64,000 bases of DNA from Eledone cirrhosa (taxonomy: Eukaryota): NCBI GenBank assembly GCA_964016885.1, contig OZ024745.1:105152001-105216000 (forward strand), read 5' to 3'. Made by a program: the position numbers and the translations under genes. Position 1 is the stretch's first letter. Every line of letters starts with the position of its first letter. Shown in pieces: positions 1-13,233 of this stretch. The notes under the pieces were generated by a model that saw only the letters and a list, made by a program, of their open reading frames with translations, ran no database searches and was not told the origin of the DNA.

Positions 1-241
1 ACTTCTAAATTAGTAAGTACACCACGCCTTCTTCTTCAGCACATGGTCAACAATTTAGGGGAAGGTGAAAGTCGATTAAATCGGCCCCAGTGCCTTATTG
101 GTACTTTATTTTATCGACCCTGTAAGGATGAAAGGCAAAGCTAGCCTCGGCGGGATTTTAAACTTGGAGCGTAAAGGGCCGTTATTACATGCCGCAAAGC
201 ATGTTGTCCGATGCTCTGTCGATATTGCCAATCCACCACCT
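1..241 (-). mobile_element. tRNA-derived SINE (main family, Meta-like core)
   Basis: Reverse complement matches the family seen at 3457-3680 (GCCTTTCATCCTTAC-GGGTCGATAAAATAAAGTACC core). Confidence 0.85.
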
Positions 242-375
242 TCTATTTATCATAAAACAGTAGCACTGGGTTGAGAATATTTGGCTGCTATTTCTAGCAT
301 TTTAGAGTGATAACGTAGAGATTCATAAAGGGATTAAAGTGAACCGAAACTTGACAGGAATTACGCAACCATGTG

Positions 376-668
376 CAGGGCGGGATTTAATGGGGGGGGG
401 AGCAATTTCTCCGGCCCCCCTGCAGTGTGTGTGTGTGTGTGGGAAGGGGGGGGGGGCTTCCAGCGATGGCCGTAGCAATTTATTTGTGCCTTCAACTGGG
501 CTTTTTAGTTTTAGGATGGTTAGAATTTTTGGATTTAATATTTATAACTTTTCATTTCCAATTACTTGCGACAAGTTAACTTTGATGTATAAAAGTGGGG
601 TGTTTGCTGTGTATTCTACTTTTTCTGTGTACGAGAGCCCCTCCCTCCAAGGTCTAAACCCAACCCTG
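376..668. mobile_element. hAT-type MITE
   Basis: TIRs CAGGGCGGGATTTA / TAAACCCAACCCTG; 8-bp TSD ACCATGTG / GCCATGTG. Confidence 0.75.
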
Positions 669-886
669 GCCATGTGACAGAAGTCTGTGCGAGCCTTGAT
701 TGCAAAGTACCATTTTCCATTTGTTTTACAAAGTGAAAATCATATTTTATAATCAATGATCACCGTAGTCTGAACAAACTTAGTGCTGCCGCCCTACCCA
801 CACACTTTCTATTCGTTTATTCCAAAATCCCACTTATTGTTTATGTCCTTATGGATAAACGAATACACTGGAACTGTAATAATAAT

Positions 887-1020
887 TGTTTCTACTTTAG
901 GCACAAGGCCAGCAATTATCCAGTGCATTACTGGTACTTTATTTTATCGACCCCGTAAGGATGAAAGGCAAAGTCAACCTCGGCGGGATTTGAACTCAGA
1001 TCGTAAAGGGACGTAACTAT
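887..1020 (-). mobile_element. 5'-truncated SINE with 20-bp TSD
   Basis: SINE core; ACTGGAACTGTAATAATAAT at 867-886 and 1021-1040. Confidence 0.9.
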
Positions 1021-1134
1021 ACTGGAACTGTAATAATAATATAATCGAAACAAACGGTAATAACCACACGTAACAGAACAACAATCTTTTAAGAACCAAC
1101 AATCCAACACTCGAACTCGAACTGTTAACTTGAA

Positions 1135-1378
1135 CTCCAACTTCGACTACCAACACACGACCTGTGGAACTAGTACCAACTTTGACTATCAACACACGAA
1201 CTGTGGAACTAGTACCAACTTCGACTACCAACACACGAACTCTGTAACTAGTACCAACTTCGACTATCAACAGACGAACTGTGGAACTAGTACCAACTTT
1301 GACTATCAACACACGAACTCTGGAACTAGTACCAACTTTGACTATCAACACACGAACTGTGAAACTAGTACCAACTTT
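1135..1378. repeat. 39-bp minisatellite (~6 units)
   Basis: Unit AACTTYGACTAYCAACACACGAACTGTGGAACTAGTACC. Confidence 0.9.
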
Positions 1379-1734
1379 CCCACTTACTCAGACTGCAACT
1401 ATTTATATGTAGTGGTCCAGCCCATTCTCACCAGGGGGGGGGGGGGGGGGGGGGCGTCGTACTCTTGCACAACATTGATACCATGAACAAGTAGTCAATG
1501 TATGATAAAATGTTTAATGAATCCTGGCTAACAGATCCATATTTTTTAAAAATTGGATGAGAAAAGAAAAAGAAACAGCAATAAAGCTTTTCTTTTTTTT
1601 TTATTGCTTAAACAAAAAGGTAGTTAGTATTCATGGCCGTTTCCGAAGCTTCCGCGAATGAGATGAGAGAGAACTAGTTCAAAATGCTTGCATCTGGGTG
1701 AAATTTACTAAAAACACGCTATGAGCCATGGTAG

Positions 1735-1919
1735 TAGTGCTGGATTTAGGACAAATTAGGTCCTGTGCTAGTTAAGTTATGAGGGCCCTTACTTGGGAAG
1801 TAGGCTCGGTAAAAAAGAAAAATTTGTGGCTGGAAGATGCCCCCCCCCCCCCCCAACACACACACTCACTCACTGGCCAACGGGGCCCTGTGCTTAAGAC
1901 AATGGTAAATCCTGCACTG
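1735..1919. mobile_element. hAT-type MITE
   Basis: TIRs TAGTGCTGGATTTA / TAAATCCTGCACTG; flanks CATGGTAG / CATGGTGT (imperfect 8-bp TSD). Confidence 0.65.
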
Positions 1920-2274
1920 CATGGTGTTGATATTAAATACAAGCTCACAAAGATGTTTTAACAAAGCATGTTTCTTTAACTTCACAGAAAAGATAGTATT
2001 GCGATAAATTCAAAATTACAATGAATTTGCAAGGTATTTTTTCCAGTCGTAAAATAACAAAACTAGAACTACAATTAACAGCAGTTGTAGCTTAACCATT
2101 TAAAATTATATATTGCTAAATGAATTCCATCATCAATTGCAGATGACTTGATAGAACAAAATCATTTTTATAAGTTCATACCACTTATTGCTTCCTCCTT
2201 ACCAAAAAGAGGCAAAAAACAATTTGAAAATATATGTAAAAATAAATTTTGAATTTTGGACGAGTGAACTGATA

Positions 2275-2312
2275 TTGGTTTCTGATTTAGGCACAAGGCC
2301 AACAATTTTTTT

Positions 2313-2350
<38 letters not shown>

Positions 2351-2495
2351 CGACTAAATCGACCCCAATACATTATTAGTACTTTATTTTATCAACACCG
2401 AAAGTCAAAGCTAACCTCGATAGGTTTTGAACTCAGATCGTAAAAGGCCGTAACTCTATGCCACAAAGCACGTCCGCCGCTCTACCGACACTGCT
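2275..2495 (-). mobile_element. SINE (main family)
   Basis: Tail, poly-C tract, core and TGAGTTCAA B-box on minus strand. Confidence 0.8.
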
Positions 2496-2611
2496 TGATA
2501 TTGCTTGTGAAAAGAATTGACGTGTGCGTATGCTAGTACAATAAACGAGAAAATAAAATTGCATGAAAGTTTTTGAAGTTAATCCTTACTGTAAAACCTA
2601 CTGCTGTAGTC

Positions 2612-2940
2612 ATATAATATAATAATGAAATTATTGTGTAAAGTGCTCAGGTGCACTACAACTCGTCAAAGGTGTATGTATAGTACATAGAATAATACAC
2701 AAATGTCAGAGAAGTACATGTGTGTATGTGTTAGCTGTAGTGTTGGCGGATCTCGGGAAGCATGGAGGCCTTAAAGGATGCAGTGTCTCGACAGCTAACA
2801 ACTGATGCAGGTAGTTTGTTCCATGCTTCAGCAACTCTGAGCGTGAAAAAATGTTTCCGAAAGTCATGGGAACTGTGCTGTTTTCTTACTTTGTGGGCAT
2901 GTCCACGTGTGTTAGACACATGAAATAGATTTTGACTGAT
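2612..2940 (-). mobile_element. CR1-clade LINE 3' end (ORF2 C-terminus + 3' UTR)
   Basis: TRGHAHKVRKQ...RKHFFTLRVAEAWNKLP...SFK is the typical CR1 ORF2 C-terminus; ends in an ATT-rich tail. Confidence 0.85.
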
Positions 2941-2954
2941 ATGGGTATTAGTGT

Positions 2955-3290
2955 TGGTTTCTAATTTAGGCACTAGGCCAGCAAATATGATGGAAGGTCA
3001 AATTTGATTAAATCAACTCCAGTAATTGGATGATACTTTATTTTATCGACCCCCCCCCCCCCCTGGAAGGATGAAAGGCAAACATTATTTGGTGGGATTT
3101 GAACTCAGAACGTGAAGGGTCGCAACTAAATGCAGCAAAACATTTAGTCTAACGCTCTAATGATTCTGCCAAACCACCATCCTGACGTGAAAATTGATAT
3201 GATTTCTAGTTTAGGCACAAAGCCAGCAAATTTGGCGGGAGAGCAAAGTTGCTTAAATCAACTTGACTGGTACTTTGTTTTATCGACCCA
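2955..3290 (-). mobile_element. Two adjacent diverged SINE copies
   Basis: Tail and core motifs at 2955-3180 and 3200-3290. Confidence 0.75.
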
Positions 3291-3456
3291 AAGGAGAAGA
3301 ATTTAGATAGGTGAGAAATAGAAATGTAGAAGAGAATAATATGGACTACATTACAAGGTGCGGGCAAAGAAGAATGACTCTGGGGCGTAGTATAGGTAAG
3401 AAGGAAGAATAGAGGAAGCCAGACCGAGCAGTCTGACGTCTACTATATGATAGTTT

Positions 3457-3680
3457 AGGGCGGTGGATTGACAGTATCGGTAGAGGGTCAGATGCCATGC
3501 TTTTCAGCATAGAGTTACAGCCCTTTATGATCTGAGTTCAAATCCCGCCGAGGTTAACTTTGCCGTTCATCCTTACGGGGTCGATAAAATAAAGTACCAG
3601 TCACGCACTGGGGTCGATTAGTTCGCCCCCCCCCCCCCCCAAAAAAAAATTGCTGGCTTTGTGCCTATATAAGAAACAAT
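3457..3680 (+). mobile_element. Full-length tRNA-derived SINE (reference copy of main family)
   Basis: GGCGGTGGATTGACAG A-box head, GAGTTCAAATCCC B-box, Meta-like core; 13-bp TSD TATATGATAGTTT (3444-3456 / 3681-3693). Confidence 0.92.
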
Positions 3681-4379
3681 TATATGATAGTTTGAAAAAA
3701 TACAGCATGGCTAATTCTTAAAATATGAATTCAAAATATGGGGATGCAACAATTCCATCTTTTTTTACGTATTGAATATTTAAGACAACATTATTCAATG
3801 TGCTCTCTTTTTCATGACGTGAGGGTATAATTTGAAAGAAATGTGACTGCTATTTTTAGCAGATAGAATGACCATATTGTAAGGAACCCCTCAATTGAGC
3901 ACGAGATTCTCTTCTGTCCCCCTCTGAAGAAGTTTAAAAAAAAAAAGGAAAAAAAAAAAGAACGTTTTACGAAGATAGTAATTTAATATAAATTGTTCTC
4001 AACACTTTTTGGCATAGACAAATTTCCTGTAATGCTTGTCGCGAAACACTAATCAGGATTCAGAATACGTACAAATTGATGACGTGATAGTCACATCTTT
4101 ATTACAATCATTTATCATTTAGTATTTGTACTACCTCATCTCCACAAAAATCTATTTGTATGTCTTTATTCTCCCATCATAAGAATTGTTATTGCTGATG
4201 TATATTTAGTGTAAATTCACGATTTGTCTAGGTACCTTGTTGGCCCCGTCGTTACAAATGAAGTGCAATCATTTTGAACGTTGGCAATATGTACGGTTCA
4301 TTTGCTTATTTTTATTAAAAACTTGAAATCAATATTATAAACTGCATAAAGTAATATAACCCTCATGCAATGGCTTGAG

Positions 4380-5960
4380 TTAATAAAAGAAAAGGAACTG
4401 TCGATGAAAGTTTTTTTTCTTGTGAAAAGTGGACAGATAATTATTTCCCCATAGAATTGTGTATCTTATTTGTAAATATTCGGTGGCAGTTTATAAATAA
4501 AGTACAATATTGAGTGCCACTCTTTGACGAAGAACGAAAGATTGAAAGTGTCTTTGCGTTTAGACAAGGTAGCATTTTAAAAAGCTTCTTTGTTGTGTAA
4601 ACAGTAATCTATTTTCAAAAGACATTAATGAAAATACTTTCGTAATACAATCAAGTTACAGTGCATGTGAGCTAATAACAAAGAAAGGGAAATTACACAT
4701 CGAAAGCAGATCTATTAAGGATGTATAATTACTGCTGTGCGAATTTTCACTCTTGACAAATAAGATTATTTAAGAATATTAGTTTATCACAGAGAACAGT
4801 TTTGAACAGTATAAAAGACATAGTTAACGTTATCCAAATATCCTTGAAAGATGCAGCATAAAATGCCTGTTTTATTCAATAGCTATACACGAGGCAACCG
4901 ATATAGTAAATATGGCACAGTTGGCTATATTTGTTCGTGAAATAACGGCAAACTTTATGATACGAGATTTATTTGTTTTAAGAATCGATGTATGTGGATT
5001 ATCAGAGCTGAATATAGATTTTCTATGGTCAAATCAATAATCGATTTACCCTACAAAAACTTAGCGGCATAATGATGGATGGTGTTTGATTTAAGGTAGA
5101 AACTTAATAAGTACTTGTTATTTTGAGCCAGAGAGTATGAGAGAACTATCAACTAGATTCTAGTGTCATGATAGTAACTTTGTATTATTATCGAACAAAA
5201 TTCATGCCCACGTGCTCAACACCTTTGTTGGTTAAAAAACTAAACGAAACTCTTCACGGATACTAAATACATTTCCATTTTGGAACTAAAGAATCAAAAA
5301 TGATTATATGCTTTTGCAGTTTGGGTCGATAGTACTAGCCAGATAAAAGATTTATATTTGAAATTACAAAGGTCGAAATAATTCTTGTCAGTGTTGGAAG
5401 CGTTGAATCAAAGCTGCAATTATCCATAATTCAAATGAAAGCGTTTACATATTTTCCAGCACTGAAATACAAACAAAGATTGCTTGTAGAATATGTTAGA
5501 ACTTGTTTCAATCATTAGAATCAATTTCAAAAGAAGTTTCGAGGTTTTGAAAACCACAAGTTTGAATAACAAATAAGCGAAATTCATTTTGATATGAAGC
5601 CAGATGAAACCCTCGATTCCTTGCAACTTGTATTAGTTCTTTTACAATTGGAGATTAATTTGATATATAAATTTTATAGTGTACTAATTTTGTAATGTTT
5701 CTAAATCCTATGTTGATATTGAAAAATATCCACTTAGAAGAAATTATCTACCGAAAATTGTACCACACTTTTCTTCCACTTACCGATGTAAACAGTTTCA
5801 GTATTAAATTCAGCCAAGAACTATTTGCGGGCTAAAATCACAGATAATGATTTGTCAAACAGAGTATGAATTATCACATTATCAACACAATCTACCATCT
5901 CTGAGCTTCTTCATCTTATCATGTAGACGCAACGTAAGACGTTTCATTAAATTTAAAACA
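4380..5960 (+). pseudogene. Heavily decayed hAT (Charlie/SPIN, GTF2IRD2-like) transposase remnant
   Basis: Broken frames give KRKGTVDE..EKWTDNYF, MAQLAIFVREITANFMIR and LEINL-type fragments resembling SPIN/Charlie transposases; many stops and frameshifts. Confidence 0.5.
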
Positions 5961-6026
5961 CTATACTATGGCTTCGTTGGTGTTTTTGTATCTAAATTAT
6001 AATGATCTGGCTAATTAATATGTAGT

Positions 6027-6825
6027 TGTAGCGAAATCTATCCGCGCCTTGAACCTCGAGTGACACCTAAAGATCAAATTCTAGGTCACCACATTTATTG
6101 TGTTAACAAGTTCATGCGTGGGCTGTCCCCTCAAGGCGAGGAGACAGGAAGCGACAGGTATATAAAGCCTGTGCTATCACCCCACTCAAGGAGAAACATC
6201 GGAGCATTACACCTATAACTAACTATGTAAAGATTTACTGCTATCAATAGACCCCAGTGGTCTACAGCCAGAGATATCAGAGCATTACGCTAGCAACTAA
6301 CTATGTAAGGATTCACTGCTGTCAACAGACCCCAGTGGTCTACAGAAATACCCAGAGCGATTGGAACCCTACTCCTACAGACCATGTACAAGCCACAGTG
6401 GTCTACAACTAATTACAGACCATTCAGAGATATACAAACCATCTCTCTCTCTCTCTTACTAACTACGGTCTCACAACTACTACCACGGTCTCCAATTTCC
6501 AACAACAACAACAATTATCTGTCGCTCGCTGTTTTCACATCACCAACAACAACAGCCTCACATCAGAAACAATAACAACGTTAACAACTCTTGGTAACTG
6601 TTTTATATGTACTTTTTAATTGATTCACGTGAAGTAAACTATATATAACCAAATTATTTATTCTCATATTCTTTATATTCATGTTATTACACTTATTCCT
6701 ATTATACTTGTTATTTCAAATATTATTCATGTTACTTCATCTAACAATTATGTTAAATACTTCTAACTTTCTCATTTTTAACTCTTCGTTAAATAGTGAC
6801 GTGGTTAGTGGGTCTGGTCACTACT
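6027..6825 (+). mobile_element. LTR-like sequence
   Basis: Starts TGTAGCGAAA and ends GTCACTAC(T); TATA box GGTATATAAAG at ~6158; same start as the solo LTR at 8431; no TSD found. Confidence 0.6.
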
Positions 6826-7354
6826 TCTGATCGGATCTGAGAATAGCTCTTAAAAGGACTGTTATCGCATACGGTCTGATCGGATCTGAGAATAGCCCTT
6901 AAAAGGACTGTTATCGCATACGGTCTGATCGGATCTGAGAATAGCTCTTAAAAGGACTGTTATCGCATACGGTCTGAGAATAGCCCTTAAAAGGACTGTT
7001 ATCGCATACGGTCTGATCGGATCTGAGAATAGCTCTTAAAAGGACTGTTATCGCATACGGTCTGATCGGATCTGAGAATAGCCCTTAAAAGGACTGTTAT
7101 CGCATACGGTCTGATCGGATCTGAGAATAGCTCTTAAAAGGACTGTTATCGCATACGGTCTGATCGGATCTGAGAATAGCCCTTAAAAGGACTGTTATCG
7201 CATACGGTCTGATCGGATCTGAGAATAGCTCTTAAAAGGACTGTTATCGCATACGGTCTGATCGGATCTGAGAATAGCTCTTAAAAGGACTGTTATCGCA
7301 TACGGTCTGATCGGATCTGAGAATAGCCCTTAAAAGGACTGTTATCGCATACGG
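6826..7354. repeat. 49-bp tandem array (~11 units)
   Basis: Unit TCTGATCGGATCTGAGAATAGCYCTTAAAAGGACTGTTATCGCATACGG, near-perfect, one unit lacks 10 bp. Confidence 0.95.
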
Positions 7355-7771
7355 TAAGGATGAACAGACGAAGGTAGAAGTTGAAAGGGCGAGCAGGCAA
7401 GAGATGTAGTTTCGTTCAGCGATTTATTCCATACATGAAGCGATGATACAGAGGTACAAGGCTTGTGAGAGTGACAAGTGTGGCAGTGGAGAGGAATACC
7501 GATACGCGAGCTGACTCTGCCAAAGGTCGACTGGCGAAAGCGTTTGGAACCACTCTATTTATACAAAAATAATCGTTTGATGTTTAGCCGCTGTGTAGGC
7601 GTTTTATTTTGGTGGCCTAAGGGTTGTTTGTTTCATTGGGGTAAGGTAGCTAGGTAGGTAGATAGAGTTGTTTGTTTCACTAGGAAATGACAGATAGGTA
7701 GCTAGATAAGCAGATAGATAGAGTTGTTTATTTCACTGGTAAGGGCAGATGTTATTTCCGGTGGTTGTACA
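7353..7771 (-). mobile_element. Possible second LTR-like sequence
   Basis: Minus strand begins TGTAC, has TATAAATA (~7556-7563) then AATAAA (~7423-7428) in LTR order. Confidence 0.4.
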
Positions 7772-7793
7772 AATATATAACCTTTTAATTAAA

Positions 7794-7985
7794 TGTTTCT
7801 ATTTTTGGCACAAGGCCAGCAATTATCTCAGTGCATTACTGGTACTTTATTTTATCGACCCCGTAAGGATGATGAAAGGCAAAGTTAACCTGGGCGGGAT
7901 TTGAACTCAGAACGTAAAGGGACGTAACTCTGTGTTGCAAAGCATGTCGTCCCACTCTCTACCGATACTGCCAATCCACCGCCCT
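7794..7985 (-). mobile_element. Full-length SINE (main family)
   Basis: Complete head, core and tail; CCTTTTAATTAA on both flanks. Confidence 0.9.
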
Positions 7986-8430
7986 AATAGCCTTTTAATT
8001 AATATTGTTTAATGTGATTACGTGTATACTTATGAATCTGATACACTAACAACGTCTGATACACCAAGCAACAAAGCAGAGTAGATGTAATATACAAACA
8101 ATATCCAATATTCCCAAAGGACAATGCTGCACTCATTGCAGGAATATTGACGTACACCCGGGAATGCAGTAGAAACTTACAGGAAACTACAGGAAACATA
8201 ATAATGTGATAACTATTATTCTCTTAGACAAAACAGCAACAAATCTGTGGAATGAAGACAGTCGATTATATCTACTCTGAAGTTTGACTGATAGTTATCG
8301 TTAGACCCAGAAAAGATAAGATATAAATCGGATCATGGGGGTATTCAACATTAAAGCGTAAAAATTTGCTACTAATTAGTGCTTGGTATTTTTCCTCAAT
8401 TCTACCATTGATTATACCAATACACATGCT

Positions 8431-8915
8431 TGTAGCGAAAGAAATGTTTTCCTACGGTGTTCTCTTACTGACAAGGTCACCAAGAAGTGACCTGCGACCT
8501 CGCAAAAAAGACAATAGATAAATTCACCAGAGGCTAGGTTTTACGGCACCATTCCTGTGAAGGAGAACATATTCTGGGACCATCTGTTATTTATAAGAAA
8601 TAACTAACTGTCATTATAAATTGGCTGTCCTGTGGTCCTAACTCACTTAGTCTTCTGTCTCTTCGTATAGACAACTTAGCTTCCTTGCCACTGTGAGCTT
8701 ACTACTACCTATGCTGGTACTTACTGTCTGATTACAACTTTTCACTTTTTAAGGGAACATCACAGAAGCCTTTTTGATCACTATATTCATTTGTGAATAC
8801 TACAATCAAACTTTATATTTATGATTCGAAGTAATCATTCTTTTTTCCTGTGAAGTAAAGTTATATATCCAATCAGAATTATTGGTATTTGTCGAGTTTC
8901 AAAACCTTCGCTTCA
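8431..8915 (+). mobile_element. Solo LTR (Gypsy-like, 4-bp TSD)
   Basis: TG...CA termini with inverted ends TGTAGCGAA / TTCGCTTCA; TGCT directly on both sides. Confidence 0.8.
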
Positions 8916-10344
8916 TGCTCACCGCTATCAATAAAATAAAGAACCTGTTATTTACTGAGTTCAGTAAACTATACTCTTCTTCTGCACACCTTACACACCT
9001 GGTCGTGATATTATTGTGTGATTTTACTAAAACTAACGTGATTACAAAAGAAGGCTTTTAAGTTATGCAATTAGAAAATTTATACTTCTGCCAAGAATAT
9101 TATAAAGCACAGAAATCAAACAACAGGAACAAACGGCACAGTACCATGTCTACCTACACTATAAAATCAAATTGATTGCAAGTTGTTAGGGGAAATATCA
9201 GAATTACACGTAAGTTGGATCAAAATATAGATAATGCTTTTGTTCGATTATGAACAACGTATGACCGTCGAAGACGTCATCACCAGACACAATAAGATTC
9301 TATATAAATATTTTACTATGTAGCAAAGTGGCTATAATTATAACCAATAAACTTTATAACATTTCATTGGTACAAATAGCTATGTAAATTATGTATAGAA
9401 ATAAGAATATTTAGGAAAACATATATAAAACCAAATATATCAAAATACAATTTGTTTTGACAATCGCACGAAGCAACCTCATTAGAGGTTACTGAATTGG
9501 CAATCAACAAGATGTCCACTTCGCGCATCAATACTGACTCTATTGTCCTACTGTTATTGCTGCTGGTGATAAGGAGGCGATGGTGATCATGGTAACGATT
9601 GAGAATATCTGTCATATTAATCACTAATTCTCTTTTCTTACTTTCTTCTGAAAACTGTGTCATAAACAACGTGTTCAGTTTTCATTCCATTCATTTTTCT
9701 CTCTTAGCGACTTAAACTTTTTAATCAATAACAAACCGTAAATTAAACATTACCATACAATAAGCAAGCTATAATGAGTGCTGTCTTTATTACTATTGGG
9801 TTCACGGTTGCTTGATCTGAATAGCTGAAAGTATCGAGTTGAAGGAATAAAAGTAGGGAATTTTGAAAGGAAAGAAGTGCTTAATATTCGTTTTTACTGA
9901 TTGATGAACCTTTCAGAGAAATACATTTGAATACATAGAGTACACTATACGATTTGAATGATTTTAATATTATCACTGCACGTGTTCAATTAAAAATGCA
10001 GTACTAAGATAACTTTACTATATTTGCTGCATGAATTATAATTGTGCAGGCCTTTCCAGATCTCAAAGTTAAAATTATGAAGAGGTTGCTTTTCTGCTGC
10101 ATTGGCAATTACTTTTTGTACATAGAAGTATCATATTTGAGCACGGTTATACAATATTTAAATGACGAGCAATAAGTTTCGTTTGAAGGTATGTTTTGAT
10201 TTTCAAGACTATATATAGTCAAAAGTACTTGCTCCATTCATTCTCTCAGTTTATATTTCACAAATCTCTCGAAAATATCAGTTCAACCAGTTCATTATTG
10301 TGTGATAAGCTGTATATATTTTCAATACAAATTCAGGGAGGTTA

Positions 10345-10526
10345 ATGAGTGTCTGGTCAAACATGCGGCCCGCACAAAGGTTTTTACTGCGCGAGCATGT
10401 TTTATTTTCGTAATATAAAATATAACAATTAGTTGTAATGTGCACAGTTAATTGTCGTGTGTGGCCCTCAGATAACACATATGTGACCCATGTCACCATC
10501 GGAGGACCCTCAGTTTGACATGCCTA
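10345..10526. mobile_element. hAT-Charlie-like MITE remnant
   Basis: GTCAAAC-ATGCGGCCCGC left end and GTTTGACATGCCT right end. Confidence 0.6.
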
Positions 10527-11062
10527 TTCTAGACAGTTATGGCTTTGGTCGAAAATGATGATCAAGAGGTTGAAATGTGTCCCTTACAAACGTTAGGCCA
10601 GTCAATGATTAACCTTACACGCCACTGACCTTCAATTACATTAATCTTAGATTTGATAGGGGTATACAATTCTTCTGTGCATTCCATCTGTGCAGATTAC
10701 ATCCTTCTTCTTTTCGATAAAATAAGTTAGCCCTTTCAAAAGATTTTAGGTCTGGTTTGAGGAATATGAAGTAAATTTTTTTTTTTAATAGAATCTGAGT
10801 TCATTGAACATAACAGTCTTGCAACGTATTTATGTAGATATGTATGGTAAGTAAGTAGGCAAGTAAGTATATGGAAATTCAGGGCTTGCTTAATTAGAAA
10901 GGAAACACTCAACTAAATTGACTATTGTTAATAACTCTGTGTAACTCAATCTCTTATATACACGCATATATATATATATATATATATATACATTATGAAG
11001 AGAGAAGAAACATTTAGATATAATTAGTAATAAAATGTATCATACCTAAACTGCTCCTAAAT

Positions 11063-11152
11063 TCCTCGACTACGTAGTTTCGTGGCATAAACAAAAACAA
11101 TATATCATGAAGATATAGAGTCCTTGCGAGGTCTGCCGACTTATCAAGAGGA
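11063..11152 (-). ncRNA. Decayed type I hammerhead ribozyme (family G)
   Basis: Minus strand: TCCTC-TTGATAA-GTCGGCA...TGCCAC-GAAA-CTACGTAG-TC-GAGGA; stems I-III intact, core has 2 substitutions. Confidence 0.6.
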
Positions 11153-11579
11153 TACCTCATTTTACTAGTCTCAAGAACGCGTCTACACGACGTGAGAAAG
11201 AATCCCAAAAGGCGGAGGGGGAGATAGTCACGCGATATAACGGTCGAGAAACAGAGCTAAGCCTCTTATAACCCCGAAGAAAATACCACGGAGGCGGAGG
11301 GGGTATTTATATCGAGGCCGTAGAAGAGGTGGTGAAGAAGGCAAGAAGTATGAGTAATGGAAGCCTTCCAGCTGTCCCCACACCTCAAAGATTGCTCGAC
11401 CAGATGGAGTTATTAACAATATAATTAGAAACACACAGATACATGCGGACACACACACATATATACATGAATGCATCCGCACCCAACTGTATATATATAT
11501 ATATATATATATACCAGGTGCGAACAAAATGAACCAAACTCCCACTGCCACTATTTCCGTCTCTTCCACACTCCCCATT

Positions 11580-12150
11580 TGTAAGCAAATAGGTGGAGGG
11601 GGCATACGCTGGCCACTCCTCGACCCCGGTGGACAGAATAAAGAAGCGTTTTCCCGGAGGATGACGAGGGAGACGCGCTGGTTGAGACATTCCAGCCCAG
11701 TAATGGAAGTTATTTGGGAATGAATTGCTAAAGAATCTCACTAACATGAAAGACACTTCACATTATTGCTCCTTGTCTGTCACATATATTTCATTACTGC
11801 ACTAGGGCTTGACGAACACAACCACAAGGATATGTCCGAACGTGGAAGAGCCGAACTCCCACTGTCATCGCCTCCATCTCTATCGCCCTCCACACCCCTC
11901 TGTATGGTGAGCAGATGGGGTCCCACCTGCTGGCCTCCCCACAGCCCCGGCGGACAGAATGGAGAAGGCGTTTCCCCGAAGAATGGCAAGGGAGATGCGC
12001 TGGAAGAGCCATTCCATCCAACTTGCACCTGCGGCTGGCCAGCTCAGCGCCTATGGTAATGAGTAGGGAGGTAACCCTAGGGTCATGGACACCAGAAGTC
12101 TCCACTGCCAAGGTCACGAACGCGAACCTGTCGGTGAAGGACCGGTCTGT
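11580..12150 (-). mobile_element. CRE-like non-LTR retrotransposon 3' fragments
   Basis: DRFAFVTLAVETSGV...IGAELASRRC...LFQRISLAILRGNAFSILS (REL domain C-terminus) at 11800-12150; second fragment at 11580-11690. Confidence 0.8.
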
Positions 12151-12228
12151 CACCGTGTTGATGAAAATAGTATCAGTTGTAAGGAACCACTCCTATTATT
12201 TATCAGTGTGTGAGCCTCTAGACACCCC

Positions 12229-12304
<76 letters not shown>

Positions 12305-12846
12305 TTAATGCAATCTTTGAAACCATCTGTAATTTATCGTCAATATTGGAAGGCAAGCTGTCAGATGTACAAGAGCAGACTTAATGCAAGTAATGTCCCG
12401 TTCATTTATTAAGAATCAAATTGGGAATATTCTTCGTTATCAAAGTTATTGAGGATGTCCACACAAATTTGATACCTCATTTGTACGAATTGCAAAACAC
12501 CTGAGGTGTTGATACAAGGGCTTATAACTGAAACTAGTCTGCAAACTGAACTGAAATTCTCATGTGTTTAGCATTATAATATCAAACATTGATGTACAGG
12601 TCATCTATCAACTCATCTATAATGAGAGGAATGGGGTCTTTTCAGATAATTAACTTGTTCAATAAATATGGTTGGTGACATGACTTCCTTGATGAGAGCA
12701 TTGCACTTTGATCTATGTAATTACAAATTAAAGGAGTTCGCAGAAGAAGGTGATGTCGTCTCTTCATAAAAACGATCATTAATAGACGGTATAGATAAAT
12801 GACATGCAACATATAACAAAGATACGAATATCAACTTTAGTAAGTA

Positions 12847-13233
12847 CTAGCAGAATGGCCCGGCGTTGCTCGGGATTCTAAACATAGATTGGCATGTTTA
12901 TCCCTCCTTTCTGAAACAGTTTCGTCGTATGTTCACCAATTGATGCAGAAGTACTAATAAAAAGTGAAGTCACCTTGGGTGAATAGGCAAATAATTTTCC
13001 ATTAAGATTTTTCTAAAGCATGTAATTGCGTTCCCCCTCTTTTTTGTTGTTGTTTTTGCTGCTGTCGAGCGGTCCCTAGGGCATTGAAAATTTGAAATAT
13101 TTTTTGCTTAAAACACTCACAAGACCATAAATATTACATGTGTAAAGTTTGAAAAAAATCGGTTGGGTGGTTCTCGAGTTTTAGGGAGTCAGACAGACAG
13201 ACAGACATACATTCTCTGTTTTAGATATATAGA
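12847..13233 (-). mobile_element. Non-autonomous Helitron
   Basis: Minus strand 5'-TC start, 3' hairpin CCCGAGCAACGCCGGG then CTAG end, inserted between A and T; internal (GACA)n. Confidence 0.85.

Noticed and set aside
1130-1486. 13-aa repeat protein (TNFDYQHTNCGTS or PTSTTNTRTVELV)
   Set aside because: 39-bp minisatellite open in several frames; stops immediately upstream and no convincing splice context.
3457-3560. tRNA genes
   Set aside because: A/B boxes belong to SINE heads; no cloverleaf.
6826-7354. CRISPR-like appearance of regular arrays (also 55428-56173)
   Set aside because: No unique spacers, no cas genes, eukaryotic context.
12490-12546. Partial HHR motifs here (GAAACTAGTC) and at 48785-48840, 52878-52896, 57616-57656
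   Set aside because: Only the GAAA/stem III half is recognisable; no correctly placed CUGANGA.
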